A stretch of 52,322 bases of DNA from Candidatus Omnitrophota bacterium (GCA_003644385.1 QNCD01000003.1:1-52322); one strand, 5' to 3'. Positions 1-10,270 are shown, counted from the first letter of the stretch. The notes: generated from the letters alone by a model not told the origin. A program made the numbers and translations.

Positions 1-1375
1 CATCACTATTGATACTGCTGCCCTCTTTTAAAACCACAAATGCCTTGGGGACCTCGCCTCTTAATTTATCGGCAACACCAATAACCGCGACTTCAGCAAT
101 ATCCGGATTCTTATGAATTGCCGATTCTACTTCCGGCTCAAATACGATCTCACCGCCTACTTTGATCATCTCTTTTTTTCTTCCTGCGATATAAATATCT
201 CCATCGGCATCGATCCTCCCCAGATCTCCGGTATGGAACCAGCCATTGCGAAAAGAGGCGGCGGTAGCCGCAGGATCCTTATAATATCCGTCGGTCACTA
301 CCCAACTGCGTACTACTATCTCCCCCACTTCACCAACACCCACCTCCTGATCATTTTCATCAAATATTTTCACCTCAACCCAGGGGGCAGGGCGGCCGAT
401 GCTCTCTATTTTTTTTGAGCCTTTTGCCGTGACAATCGTAGGCCCCTGAGTTTCAGTCATGCCCCAGCCGTGGTAAAGATAAGCCTGAGGACAGTACTTA
501 TTGAACCTGCGCAGCTGGTCCGCAGAGCTGGGCGCGCCAAAAGAATCTATCCATTTTAAAGACGATAAATCAAAGGTTTCAAATTCCTTTAATTGTAAAA
601 GCGCATAATACATTGAAGGAACTAGCCAGAAACAAGTAACTTTATGTCTCTGAATATTTTTTAAACACTCTAAGGGAATAAACCGCTCCATTAAAACAAT
701 GGTGCTACCTAAAAACACTATTGCCTGCAGATAGAGCAAGCCCCCTAAATGCGAAAGCGGAACCGCGCCAAGAGCAATATCTTTATCGCATAAATTCACA
801 AAGTATGACATGGCCTTAGCAGGTGCCTCTATCTGGCGGTAATTAATCAAAACCCCCTTGGGCTTTCCCGTAGTCCCGGAGGTATAAAAAATAACGGAGT
901 AATCCTTATCCTGGATATCAATATCAAAAGGCTTATTATCGGCCTTTTCTAATAACTCTTCAAAATACAAATAACCTCCGATTCTCTGCTGGCAGGTAAT
1001 TATGTTTTTTAAACTGGGGCAATTTTCTTTCAAAGCGGATAAGGATATGCTAGCTTTAGGCTTGGTAATTAGAATCGAGGCTTCGGCATGCGAAATACAG
1101 GAAATAAGCTCCTCTTGAGTAAGCATAAAATCAAAGGGAACTGCGCAGGCGCCCAAACACCAGATTGCTAAATAGCTATAAATATATTGCGGCCAGTTAG
1201 GCAGATAAATAGCAACCCGATCACCCTTTTTCACCCCTAGTTTTTTTAGGCTATTAGCTAGCTTAAATACTGTATCTTTTAAATCAGGGAAGGTAATTTG
1301 GTTATCTTTAAATATAATTGCCGGCCGGGAAGGATATTTTTTAGCCTGGGATTGTAAAAATTGATAAATCTTCAT
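1..1375 (-). CDS. Long-chain fatty acid--CoA ligase (AMP-binding family), 3' end outside window
   Basis: Absent from the ORF track because it runs off the edge. Manual translation from ATG 1375: MKIYQFLQSQAKKYPSRPAIIFK...GVKKGDRVAIYLPN...IFYTSGTTGKPKGV (AMP-binding signature). Confidence 0.9.
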   Translation of the reverse strand, partial: MKIYQFLQSQAKKYPSRPAIIFKDNQITFPDLKDTVFKLANSLKKLGVKKGDRVAIYLPNWPQYIYSYLAIWCLGACAVPFDFMLTQEELISCISHAEASILITKPKASISLSALKENCPSLKNIITCQQRIGGYLYFEELLEKADNKPFDIDIQDKDYSVIFYTSGTTGKPKGVLINYRQIEAPAKAMSYFVNLCDKDIALGAVPLSHLGGLLYLQAIVFLGSTIVLMERFIPLECLKNIQRHKVTCFWLVPSMYYALLQLKEFETFDLSSLKWIDSFGAPSSADQLRRFNKYCPQAYLYHGWGMTETQGPTIVTAKGSKKIESIGRPAPWVEVKIFDENDQEVGVGEVGEIVVRSWVVTDGYYKDPAATAASFRNGWFHTGDLGRIDADGDIYIAGRKKEMIKVGGEIVFEPEVESAIHKNPDIAEVAVIGVADKLRGEVPKAFVVLKEGSSINSD

Positions 1376-1404
1376 AACTGGATGAAAAAAAGAAAGGTTT
1401 TAAT

Positions 1405-1454
1405 ATAGTAAAATTTTACTATTTAAATTTTACCAAAACTTACAAAGTTGTCAA
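1405..1454 (-). promoter_or_regulatory. Sigma70-like promoter and perfect 18-bp palindrome upstream of the acyl-CoA ligase
   Basis: Minus strand TTGACA-N16-TAAAAT (TTGACA at 1454-1449); ATAGTAAAATTTTACTAT at 1405-1422. Confidence 0.55.
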
Positions 1455-1512
1455 GTAAATTTTAAATTTTATCAGGAGTTAAACCTTTTGCGGTTATTAG
1501 AGATAAGCAGTT

Positions 1513-1587
1513 AGGGACGGTTCTCAGGCCAAAGCAAAAGTGTCCCCAAAAAGGGGACACTTTCAGATTGAGTTAAGAACCGTCCCT
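1513..1587. repeat. Nested inverted repeat, REP-like element; may also act as terminator
   Basis: Outer perfect 12-bp arms AGGGACGGTTCT (1513-1524) / AGAACCGTCCCT (1576-1587); inner perfect 11-bp arms AAAGTGTCCCC (1537-1547) / GGGGACACTTT (1553-1563). Confidence 0.75.
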
Positions 1588-1609
1588 GCTACGCTAAGAA
1601 ACGTTCCTA

Positions 1610-4600
1610 CTAATTATTGTTATTATTATCTATCTTGACTGTACCGTGGCCGGCAAACTTAAGCGCTATATCATCGATAATAGCATAAATACAGGGTATG
1701 GCGACTAAGGTTAAGGCGGTAGCGCAAATAATACCCCAGACAATGGTTAGCGCCATGGGACGTAAAAACGGATCTCCTCCCCAGAGTCCATAAGCAGTAG
1801 GAGCCAGGCCTAAAGCGGTGGTGACTGTGGTCAGGATAACCGGACGCAACCTTAACTGCCCTGCCTGAATAATAGAATCACGCCTGGCTACTTTTTTACG
1901 CCGCAGGTTATTAATAAAATCCACCAAAACAATAGAATCATTAACCACAACGCCGGTTAAGCCGACGACTCCCATTAGCATGAAGAAACTTAAATTCAGG
2001 CCGTGGAAGAAAAACGCCCAGACTACCCCGATTAAACCGAAAGGAATAGCTATCATCACTACAAGAGGTTGAATCAGGGAATTGAAATTAGCGGCTAAAA
2101 TTAAAAATATAAGAAAGAATGCCAATATAAAGGCCTTAATGAAATCCTTTATCGAGCGCACATTCTCCTCCTGTTCTCCGCCGTAGTCTATCTGGTAACC
2201 CGGATATTCCAAGGGTATATCCTTAAATTCTCTTTGCAAAAGCTGGTTTGCCTGCAGCGAGGTGACATTTTTATTGTCCACTTCCGCGCGTAGAGTAATT
2301 ACTCTTTTGCCGTCTAAGTGCCGGATGCGCTCAACTGAAATCCTCTCTTCCAGCCGCGCTATTTTATTTAAAGGAATAAGATTGCCGAAACGGTTAGGAA
2401 TAAGGATTTTTTCAAAAATTTCTTTTTCATCCCGATATTTTTCAGGAAAACGCACCAGGACATCAATCTCTTCTTCTGCTTTCACCGGCTTTATTGAAGT
2501 GGCTACTCCGCCTTTAAATGCATTGCGGATGGATGTAGCTATTTCGCCTACCGAAAGATATGCCCGCGCTGCCTCCTCCTCATCAATAATTACCCTTATC
2601 TCTCCCCTGCCAACCTCATAATCCGAGGTAATATCCGATACCCCATTGATATTAGCTAAAAATGAGCTTATTTTTTGTGAAATCTCCTCTAAAACAGAGA
2701 ATTCCTCGCCTCTAATCTGAACTGCTATGGGTTTGCCTACCGGCGGGCCCTCCTTTTCTTTTTCAAAATATACCTTCTCAAATCCCGGGGTGCCTTTCAC
2801 CTTTTCTCTTAAGGCTTCAATAATCTCATTAAGTGTTCTTTTGCGCTGGGTGTAAGGAGTGACATATACGGTAATTTGAGCTACATGGCTGCCTGACTTG
2901 CCGTAAGGGTCAAACATCCAGCTGCGGCCGATAGAGCCAACCTGTGTAGTATAGGCATCTAATTCATCCTGCGGCAGTTCTGCGATTTCATCTTCTATCT
3001 GGGCGATCAATTTATTGGTCTCATAAAGATTTGTGCCTATGGGCGCTTCGGCGCGGATGTAAAACTGCTCTATTCCTTCCTCGGAACTAAAAAGCACAAA
3101 GCGCATCCGGCTGGCCAGAAAAATCGTAGATAAAAATACACCCCCTAAAATTAAAATTACCAGATATCTTCGGTTTAGCGCCTTCTTAAGGATATTGGTA
3201 TAAAAATCAAGTAGTTTCTTAAACCAAGGTAACTCTTTTTTAAACTTGACGCTCTGATTTTTATGGGCAAAGTCGGCAAAGTGTGAGGGTAGTATTACTA
3301 AAGCCTCAAATAAAGAGGCACTTAAAGCAATAATCACCACCAGAGGAATCCCCCAGATAAATTTACCGAGCATTCCCGACATAAACATCAACGGGCAAAA
3401 TGCCGCGATTGTGGTAATGATTGTGGTGGTAACCGGCTGGGCTACCTCTTGTGCGCCGATAATCGCAGCCTCCCTCCTGTTTAAGCCGCTCTCTAAATAA
3501 CGCGAACAGTTTTCAGCCACAATGATTCCGTCGTCAACTAACATACCTAAGACCACAATTAAGCCGAACATCGTAACCAGATTTACGCTTATGCCCATGA
3601 AACCCATTATTGCTAATGTGGCGCCGAAGGCAATCGGCAGGCCTAAAGCAGTAAGAATAGCTACGCGTAAATGCAGAAATAAAACCAATACCACGCAAAC
3701 TAATAATAAACCTAAAATACCGTTGTTCTTTAAGACGCCAAGCCTGCGATTGATATAATAGGCCACATCATCAATATAGGAAACCTTTAATGCCGGATCT
3801 GCCTGTTTGAGAAAATCGCCAGTTTGTTTTCTGACTGCATCCACTACTTTTATAGAATCTCCGCTTGCGCGCTTAATCACCGTCAGATTGATCGAGCGTG
3901 TACCAGAACTCTTATTTATTATATCTTCGTCCTCAAATGAAAAGCGGACTGAAGCAACGTCTTTTATGCGCAGCCAGTTTCCGGTCTCATTAGCCCGGAT
4001 AACCACGTTTTCAATTTCTTCCTTGCTATAGAATTCCCCTGTTGTGCGAATACTGTATTCTTTCTCACCGCGCAGCTTTCCTGCAGGCACACTGATATTC
4101 CTCTTACGCAGGGCCTCCATAACTTCTTCTAAGCTCAAATAGGCTTCTTTGAGTTTAAAGGGATCGACCTCCACCCAAACTTCTTTATCTCTCCATCCCT
4201 TGCGGAAGATGCGGGATACCACGGGAATATCCTCTAGTATATCTTCAAGGCTTTCTGCGTATTCCTGGAGCTCGCTCTCCGTGAGCTGACCGCTTAAAGC
4301 AACCTCAATCACCGGAATCTCTCCGGAAGTAACCTCTGTAACATAGGGCTCCTCGGCTTCTTTGGGCAGGCCCTGCGCACGATCCACTGCCTGTTTTATA
4401 TCATCGACAACCTTATCCTTATCTTTGGCGTCCTGGCTAATATTGACTAAAATACTGGAATTATTTTCAATAGAAGCAGATTGTATCTCTTCTATCCCAT
4501 CAACGCCCTTAAGTTCTTTTTCTATTGGTACGGTAACCAGCTTCTCTACTTCTTCGGGAGCAGCGCCCGGATAAAAAGTAGTTATAACCACTCTATCAAA

Positions 4601-4729
4601 GGATACTTCTGGGAAAGCCTCTCTTTGAATCTGATATATATAAAGCGTATAGAATCCGGCTATCAGGATAAAAACAGAAATCAGGTTAACCAAAAGAGAA
4701 TGTTTTACTGAAAATTCGGAAATCTTCAT
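1610..4729 (-). CDS. RND efflux permease (AcrB/AcrD/AcrF family)
   Basis: ~1040 aa; motifs REAFPEV, GMLVDDGIIVAEN, GVVVNDSIVLVD, RLRPVILTT. Start moved to ATG 4729 (MKISEFSV), just past the TolC stop. Confidence 0.95.
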   Translation of the reverse strand: MKISEFSVKHSLLVNLISVFILIAGFYTLYIYQIQREAFPEVSFDRVVITTFYPGAAPEEVEKLVTVPIEKELKGVDGIEEIQSASIENNSSILVNISQDAKDKDKVVDDIKQAVDRAQGLPKEAEEPYVTEVTSGEIPVIEVALSGQLTESELQEYAESLEDILEDIPVVSRIFRKGWRDKEVWVEVDPFKLKEAYLSLEEVMEALRKRNISVPAGKLRGEKEYSIRTTGEFYSKEEIENVVIRANETGNWLRIKDVASVRFSFEDEDIINKSSGTRSINLTVIKRASGDSIKVVDAVRKQTGDFLKQADPALKVSYIDDVAYYINRRLGVLKNNGILGLLLVCVVLVLFLHLRVAILTALGLPIAFGATLAIMGFMGISVNLVTMFGLIVVLGMLVDDGIIVAENCSRYLESGLNRREAAIIGAQEVAQPVTTTIITTIAAFCPLMFMSGMLGKFIWGIPLVVIIALSASLFEALVILPSHFADFAHKNQSVKFKKELPWFKKLLDFYTNILKKALNRRYLVILILGGVFLSTIFLASRMRFVLFSSEEGIEQFYIRAEAPIGTNLYETNKLIAQIEDEIAELPQDELDAYTTQVGSIGRSWMFDPYGKSGSHVAQITVYVTPYTQRKRTLNEIIEALREKVKGTPGFEKVYFEKEKEGPPVGKPIAVQIRGEEFSVLEEISQKISSFLANINGVSDITSDYEVGRGEIRVIIDEEEAARAYLSVGEIATSIRNAFKGGVATSIKPVKAEEEIDVLVRFPEKYRDEKEIFEKILIPNRFGNLIPLNKIARLEERISVERIRHLDGKRVITLRAEVDNKNVTSLQANQLLQREFKDIPLEYPGYQIDYGGEQEENVRSIKDFIKAFILAFFLIFLILAANFNSLIQPLVVMIAIPFGLIGVVWAFFFHGLNLSFFMLMGVVGLTGVVVNDSIVLVDFINNLRRKKVARRDSIIQAGQLRLRPVILTTVTTALGLAPTAYGLWGGDPFLRPMALTIVWGIICATALTLVAIPCIYAIIDDIALKFAGHGTVKIDNNNNN

Positions 4730-4736
4730 ATTCCAC

Positions 4737-6260
4737 CTATAAGGGCTCTTTCCAATACCTTTCAAACAGCGAATTCTTTGCTAACTCTAACTCTAACCGG
4801 CAGATCCGATATTGATACAGGTATTCTGATAATGCCAGTTGCGCCTGCAATAGATCTTCTTCATAACGGATCAAGGTGTCAGAATTGGAACGACCGTAAT
4901 TTAAACGTTTGATCTGTTCATCTAATTTCTTCCGGTGCATATCCAGTGTAGATTCAAGAATTCTCACTTGCTTCTGAACAGTATTTACCTGATTGACCTT
5001 ATCATTAAGTTCACGCAAAACAGAACGCTCAACTTGTTTGAGTTCTAAAAGAAGCTTTGCTTTTTCAAGTTGTGCACTCCTTAGCTCTGACTTTGCCTGG
5101 CGGTTTTCAAGAGGAAATTTAAATTTCAGAGTAACAGAAACATCATCATTGCTATTCTTACTAAGGTCTCCCCAGGCATCCTCGCGGCTGGAATCGATAT
5201 TATTGCGAGCGAAAGAGGCCCCCAGATCAATTTCCGGCCATAACGCGTTTTTCTTTATCACGATATCGATTTTATTCATTTCAAGCTCATTCTTTATGCG
5301 TTTATAATCGCGGCGGTTTTCTATAGCTTCTTTGAGTGCCTCGGGCAAATTAACGGCGCCTTCTTCGTGAGGCAACCTATCCAGGGCAATAAGATCCTGC
5401 TGGAAATCGCCCTGGTTAATCAAAAAAAGCAGATTATTTTTTGCAGCATCTTTATTCATTTTAGCTATAAAAACGTCGCTTTCCCGCGTTAATACCAAAG
5501 CCTCCATAGTCAAAAGCTCAACTTCTTCAATTAACCCCAGGGTGTATTTATCTTTATAAATACTCCAGAGCTTTTTTGCTCTCTCAAGCATATCCTCTGC
5601 GACAGAAAGGTGCCTGTCTTTTAACACAAAATTCCAGTAAGCTTTTTCAACTGAATAAAGCGATTCCTCAATATCATCCAGTGAAGTAAAATCTGAGTTC
5701 TCGATATCAATTTTGGTAATCTTGATATCCCCGCGGTCGGCGAGGCCAAAAAAGTTCTTTCCCAAGGCCTGCTTAATGCTGATTTTGGCCGTTGCTTCGT
5801 TATAGGGATTTAAAGTAGCGTAACTGCTGTCTGTGCGGGCCTTTTCGGCGGCTGTTTCGAGATTTATAGTCGTACCGCTGGGTATTTTCTTCTCCAGGCC
5901 TACGGAAAAATTATGCTTTTTCTCTTCGCTGCCGGCAAAGATAGTTGGTTGCATGCTCCTATCGCGGCTAAACCCTAACTCTGCCTCTAGAATCGTATCA
6001 AATATAGACTCCGCTTTCTTCAAAGAAGTCCTCTTTATGTAGGCGTCGTATTTGGCAATCTGGATATCCAAGGAATTCTCCAACGCTAAACTCATCACAT
6101 CATCAAGCGATATTTTTATAGCCCCTTTGCTTTCTTTTTTTGGGGAGACCTGGGCAGAAATCTGTGCTGCTGCCGGCAGAATAAGAAAATTAAGCAACAC
6201 CGCCATGCCGATCATTATAAAGCCATCTTTTATCTTAAAAAGCTTGTTTCCTTTTTTCAT
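4737..6260 (-). CDS. TolC-family outer membrane efflux protein
   Basis: Signal-peptide-like N terminus, ISLDDVMSLALENSLDI, VEKAYW, LWPEIDL...FPL repeats; adjacent to RND gene. Confidence 0.9.
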   Translation of the reverse strand: MKKGNKLFKIKDGFIMIGMAVLLNFLILPAAAQISAQVSPKKESKGAIKISLDDVMSLALENSLDIQIAKYDAYIKRTSLKKAESIFDTILEAELGFSRDRSMQPTIFAGSEEKKHNFSVGLEKKIPSGTTINLETAAEKARTDSSYATLNPYNEATAKISIKQALGKNFFGLADRGDIKITKIDIENSDFTSLDDIEESLYSVEKAYWNFVLKDRHLSVAEDMLERAKKLWSIYKDKYTLGLIEEVELLTMEALVLTRESDVFIAKMNKDAAKNNLLFLINQGDFQQDLIALDRLPHEEGAVNLPEALKEAIENRRDYKRIKNELEMNKIDIVIKKNALWPEIDLGASFARNNIDSSREDAWGDLSKNSNDDVSVTLKFKFPLENRQAKSELRSAQLEKAKLLLELKQVERSVLRELNDKVNQVNTVQKQVRILESTLDMHRKKLDEQIKRLNYGRSNSDTLIRYEEDLLQAQLALSEYLYQYRICRLELELAKNSLFERYWKEPL

Positions 6261-6718
6261 TTTGCACTATTTTTATCCGATTGAACTAATATATGCCGGA
6301 TGCGCATCAAAATTTTTAAATAATCTTCGCGCTCCTGCCGGCTAAGCTGGCTAAATATTTTGATGATCATCGTCTTTCTCTGTTGATTGATTTTATTGGT
6401 AAGATCTCGGCCTTTATTAGTTAAGCTAATCTTAATTACTCTTCTGTCTTTAGGGTCATAGACCCGCTTAACATAGCCGCTTTTGAATAGTTTATCCACG
6501 ATGCCGGTCATTGCCGCAGTGGTGACGTTTAGAAGAACAGCCAGATTCTTCATCTTAGATTCGCCTTTTTTGCTCAAGAAATTTAAAATGACGAATTGCG
6601 CAGGCGTAATCTTGCCCTTAAGCAATTCATCCTGCTGCTTAGTAATTAATTCCCTCATGATTACCGGCATAATCTCTAAAATTTGGCCGGAGAATTCTTC
6701 TAATGTTAGACTTGGCAT
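6257..6718 (-). CDS. MarR family transcriptional regulator
   Basis: ITPAQFVIL...VTTAAMTGIVDKL...DPKDRRVIKISLTNKG. Confidence 0.95.
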   Translation of the reverse strand: MPSLTLEEFSGQILEIMPVIMRELITKQQDELLKGKITPAQFVILNFLSKKGESKMKNLAVLLNVTTAAMTGIVDKLFKSGYVKRVYDPKDRRVIKISLTNKGRDLTNKINQQRKTMIIKIFSQLSRQEREDYLKILMRIRHILVQSDKNSAK

Positions 6719-6746
6719 TCTAATTCACCTTTAGTTAATAATTTTA

Positions 6747-6767
6747 ATAGTCAATATACTTAACTAT
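6747..6767. promoter_or_regulatory. Probable MarR operator (imperfect palindrome)
   Basis: ATAGTCAA-TATAC-TTAACTAT (one mismatch) about 30-50 bp upstream of the marR start. Confidence 0.45.
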
Positions 6768-6839
6768 CAACAATCTTAAGTATAATACATAAAATCGAAA
6801 AATCAAGTGAAATTTTACTTATTTTTAAGGCGGGTTGGA

Positions 6840-7355
6840 CTATACCGCCTTTATGAAGTAATCGAGGAACCTGGTCTCGGCTTGCAGGAGCTCTAAATTA
6901 TGCTCTAATATAAGGCGGGAGGGTTTGGAAAGCTTGACTCTGTTATTATTCAATAGCTTTTTTAAGCCATTTGCTATTCGGTTTAAAATAAAAATGCGGC
7001 CGCGCAATCTGCGCTTGCCTTCACTTTGCTTTATATACTTTAAAAAGTACAGGCTTAAATCAAGGCTGAATTGCGGCCTTTTAAAATCCATGAAACTCTT
7101 AGTTAATAATTCCTTAAAGCGAGCCTGGCCTTTGCTGGTCAATTTGTAAACGTTGCGCTGGGGGCGCCTGCCTACTTTACTTGTGTGTTTATCAATAAGC
7201 CCTTTTTTTTCTAAAATTTTTAAAGGATAATAAATTGATTTTATTTCTATGCCGGCAAATAAAGATAAGATCTCTTTTATTTTTCTTTTTATCTCATATC
7301 CGTGCTTTGGGCTTTCTTTTAATAAGCCCAACAATACAAATTCCTGCTCAATCAT
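6840..7355 (-). CDS. PadR family transcriptional regulator
   Basis: LLGLLKESPKHGYEI...SIYYPLKILEKKGLI...YKLTSKG. Confidence 0.93.
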   Translation of the reverse strand: MIEQEFVLLGLLKESPKHGYEIKRKIKEILSLFAGIEIKSIYYPLKILEKKGLIDKHTSKVGRRPQRNVYKLTSKGQARFKELLTKSFMDFKRPQFSLDLSLYFLKYIKQSEGKRRLRGRIFILNRIANGLKKLLNNNRVKLSKPSRLILEHNLELLQAETRFLDYFIKAV

Positions 7356-8299
7356 TCATAGACACCTATCTGGCGAAATTTTTTGTATCTTAATTCTAAG
7401 AGTTGAGCTTTATCCATAGCTATCAATTCGTTCAGATTCTTTACTATTATTTCTTTTAGAATTTCAGCCGTTTGCTCAGGCTGGCGGTGCGCTCCGCCTA
7501 GAGGCTCAGGGACCACCTCATCGATAATGCCCATTTTGAGTAACTCCCCGGCAGTTAATTTTAAAACCGAAGCCGCGTCAGAAGCACGAGAACCTTCTTT
7601 CCATAATATTGCCGCACAACCTTCCGGAGATATAACCGAATAATAGGCATTTTCTAAAACATAGATTTTATCTGCTATCCCGATACCTAAAGCCCCTCCT
7701 GAGCCGCCTTCTCCGATTACTACGGCCACGATAGGAACGCTAATGCTGGTCATTTCTCTTAAGTTAAGGGCAATCGCCTGAGCCTGTCCGCGTTCCTCTG
7801 CACCTACACCCGGATAAGCTCCCGGCGTATCAATAAAAATCACTATGGGTAAGTTAAATTTTTCTGCCAGCTGCATTACCCGTAATGCTTTACGGTAGCC
7901 CTCAGGATGAGCGCAGCCAAAGTTACGTTTTAGGTTATCTTTGGTATCCCTCCCCTTTTGCTGTCCGATAACTGCAATCTTTCTCTCTCCTAACCTTGCC
8001 AAACCAGTTACCATTGCCTTATCATCGCCGAAATGACGGTCTCCGTGAAGCTCAACAAAGTCAGACATCATCATATTTATATAATCCAAAGTGTAAGGCC
8101 TTTTAGGATGGCGGGCAATTTGCACTCTTTGCCAGGGAGTGAGATTTCCGTAGGTTTCTTTCTTTAAATGCTCAAGCTTCTCCTCCAGGCGTTTTACTTC
8201 TGAAGAAATATCCACCTTTTTATCTGAAACGAAATTCCTCAGTTCTTCTATTTTCTTCTCAAGTTCAATAATGGGTTTTTCAAACTCTAATCCGTTCAT
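7352..8299 (-). CDS. accA: Acetyl-CoA carboxylase carboxyltransferase alpha subunit
   Basis: LEFEKPIIELE, ARHPKRP, ELHGDR, PEGYRKALR, IDTPGAYPG, GEGGSGGAL, ISPEGCAAILW. Confidence 0.98.
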   Translation of the reverse strand: MNGLEFEKPIIELEKKIEELRNFVSDKKVDISSEVKRLEEKLEHLKKETYGNLTPWQRVQIARHPKRPYTLDYINMMMSDFVELHGDRHFGDDKAMVTGLARLGERKIAVIGQQKGRDTKDNLKRNFGCAHPEGYRKALRVMQLAEKFNLPIVIFIDTPGAYPGVGAEERGQAQAIALNLREMTSISVPIVAVVIGEGGSGGALGIGIADKIYVLENAYYSVISPEGCAAILWKEGSRASDAASVLKLTAGELLKMGIIDEVVPEPLGGAHRQPEQTAEILKEIIVKNLNELIAMDKAQLLELRYKKFRQIGVYE

Positions 8300-8346
8300 C
8301 TTTTAGCTCTCAGTCATTAGCTTTTTATAATTAAACCGTTGAAAAT

Positions 8347-9153
8347 TTAATCAACTATGGTTACTTCGGTTCCTACGGGAACTATAGCATATAACTCTTC
8401 AACGTCTGCATTAGATAAACGCACACACCCCTCAGTAACCTGTTTACCTAAATTTTGCGGATCAGTAGTGCCGTGTATTCCGTAGCTGGTAAGGTCTATA
8501 CCCAACCAGCGCGTTCCCAGGATATTTGCCGGGTCCTCCGGCGGGATGACCTGATTATCTTTATACCAGGTGGGATTTGCGAGTTTATTGATTATTTTAA
8601 AATTTCCGACCGGGGTAGAATTATTTATCCCGGTAGAAACTGTATAAGTCTTAAAAATCTCTTCGTGGCTTTTTAAGAAAAGTGTATTTTGTGATTTATC
8701 CACAACTATGCTAAACGGTTGTGTCCAGACCTTAAGCTTCTCACCGGGAAAGATCTTATCATCTCTAAGGCCGTTACTTTTCATGATCAATTCCGCAGTG
8801 GTATTATATTTCTTTGCTATTGACTCCAAGGTATCACCTTTTTTGATTTCATAAATTACACTCTCCTCGGTTATGGCAGGCGAAAATAATAGTTGAATAT
8901 TGATTTCTTCTATTTTCTTCTGCCAATTTGCAATCTGGCTGGAATTTGGAAATTCACTGATCAACCGGCGATATAATGATTTTGCCTCCTTGAGATTTCC
9001 TTTTTGCTGGGCTGCTTGAGCCTGGGCTGCCAACCCTGGAAATTCCTGCCCTAAGGGGCATAGCTGTCCTCCTTTTTTAAGCGCAAAACTCAAGGCGAAT
9101 AAGGCAAATATTGATAATATAATAATAAATAAAAAAATTGTTTTCTTGTTCAC
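8347..9153 (-). CDS. LysM-domain L,D-transpeptidase (YkuD family)
   Basis: N-terminal TM; LysM YEIKKGDTLESIAKKY; catalytic YGIHGT...TEGCVRL. Confidence 0.92.
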   Translation of the reverse strand: MNKKTIFLFIIILSIFALFALSFALKKGGQLCPLGQEFPGLAAQAQAAQQKGNLKEAKSLYRRLISEFPNSSQIANWQKKIEEINIQLLFSPAITEESVIYEIKKGDTLESIAKKYNTTAELIMKSNGLRDDKIFPGEKLKVWTQPFSIVVDKSQNTLFLKSHEEIFKTYTVSTGINNSTPVGNFKIINKLANPTWYKDNQVIPPEDPANILGTRWLGIDLTSYGIHGTTDPQNLGKQVTEGCVRLSNADVEELYAIVPVGTEVTIVD

Positions 9154-9170
9154 TTTAATGCCCGCTTCCT

Positions 9171-9617
9171 TTAATGAAAAAGAAATGCTATAGCTATCCC
9201 TAAAACCAGGCCTGCGAATACCTCCACCGGAGTGTGGCCTACTAATTCCCGAAGCCTGCCTTCGGAAATCTTCCCCTGCCAGTAGATATCTTCCAGTATT
9301 TTATTTAATATTCGCGCCTGTTTACCTGTAGAGCGCCTGACTCCCTGGGCATCAAACATCACTACCAGCGCAAACGAAGCAGCTAAAGCAAAATAAACAG
9401 TAGCAAAACCCTGCTCTAACCCTACTATTGCCGCCAGGCAGGATGCGCCCGCAGCGTGGCTTGAAGGCATACCTCCGGTACCCAATAACCAGCGAAAATC
9501 AAATTTCTTGGACTTAATCGTACCGATCATCACTTTAATCAGCTGCGCAATCACCCAGGCAAAAAGAGTAACCATAAGAATTTTATTCTTACCGATTTCA
9601 ATAAAAATTTCTTTCAT
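9171..9617 (-). CDS. Divergent PAP2 family membrane protein (DUF212)
   Basis: GGMPSSH, VVMFDAQGVRR, LRELVGHTPVEV. Confidence 0.93.
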   Translation of the reverse strand: MKEIFIEIGKNKILMVTLFAWVIAQLIKVMIGTIKSKKFDFRWLLGTGGMPSSHAAGASCLAAIVGLEQGFATVYFALAASFALVVMFDAQGVRRSTGKQARILNKILEDIYWQGKISEGRLRELVGHTPVEVFAGLVLGIAIAFLFH

Positions 9618-10270
9618 TGCCTTCCCTTATATTCGCTGGCTGGAATTACCTCTATATTTACCTTTGTTGAAGTAGTATTTTTCCCTTGCCATGTCAAAAA
9701 ACCACGGTTGCCCGATATTTTCTGGTCTTTTTCTATTTTAACTTCTCTTGTTAATCTCTCTTTTCTTAATTCTTTTTTCGCCTGGCGTATTTTTTTCTCT
9801 AAATCTTTTATCACTCTTCTTAGTTCTTTAATTGAAACCAGGTAATTTGCAATCTCCTCTTCTTTCCCGGGCGCCTTAGATAAACCTAAAATTATTTTCC
9901 TCTTCTCCTCTCTTAGAGCTAAATTCTCCTCTTTTAAAAGAGCGATCCGGTAATTCAGCTCTTCAATGCTCTCTTTTGTCTGTAACGAAGCCGCTCTGAG
10001 CCTGGCAACTTCTTTTTCTTTCGTCTCTATCTGCCGGGCTAAGTCTGTATTTTCCCGCCTGAGCTTCTCCAGGCTTTTCTTCTCCTCAAATAAATCCTGG
10101 AGCAGAAGTTCGTTTCCTTTTGACAAATCCGATATCCGGGTTTGCGCCTGTTTTAACTTATTTAATAAAACATGTTTTTCTCTGGTTGAGTCTAAATACT
10201 TAAAAATAGTAAAAATTGCGACCCCAAGCAGAAAAAAAACAATAATTATAATCGGTTTTAAATCCTTCAT
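9614..10270 (-). CDS. Membrane-anchored coiled-coil hypothetical protein
   Basis: N-terminal TM, long heptad-rich K/E region, C-terminal GNRGFL...VNIEVIP; overlaps the next gene by 4 nt. Confidence 0.75.
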   Translation of the reverse strand: MKDLKPIIIIVFFLLGVAIFTIFKYLDSTREKHVLLNKLKQAQTRISDLSKGNELLLQDLFEEKKSLEKLRRENTDLARQIETKEKEVARLRAASLQTKESIEELNYRIALLKEENLALREEKRKIILGLSKAPGKEEEIANYLVSIKELRRVIKDLEKKIRQAKKELRKERLTREVKIEKDQKISGNRGFLTWQGKNTTSTKVNIEVIPASEYKGRQ

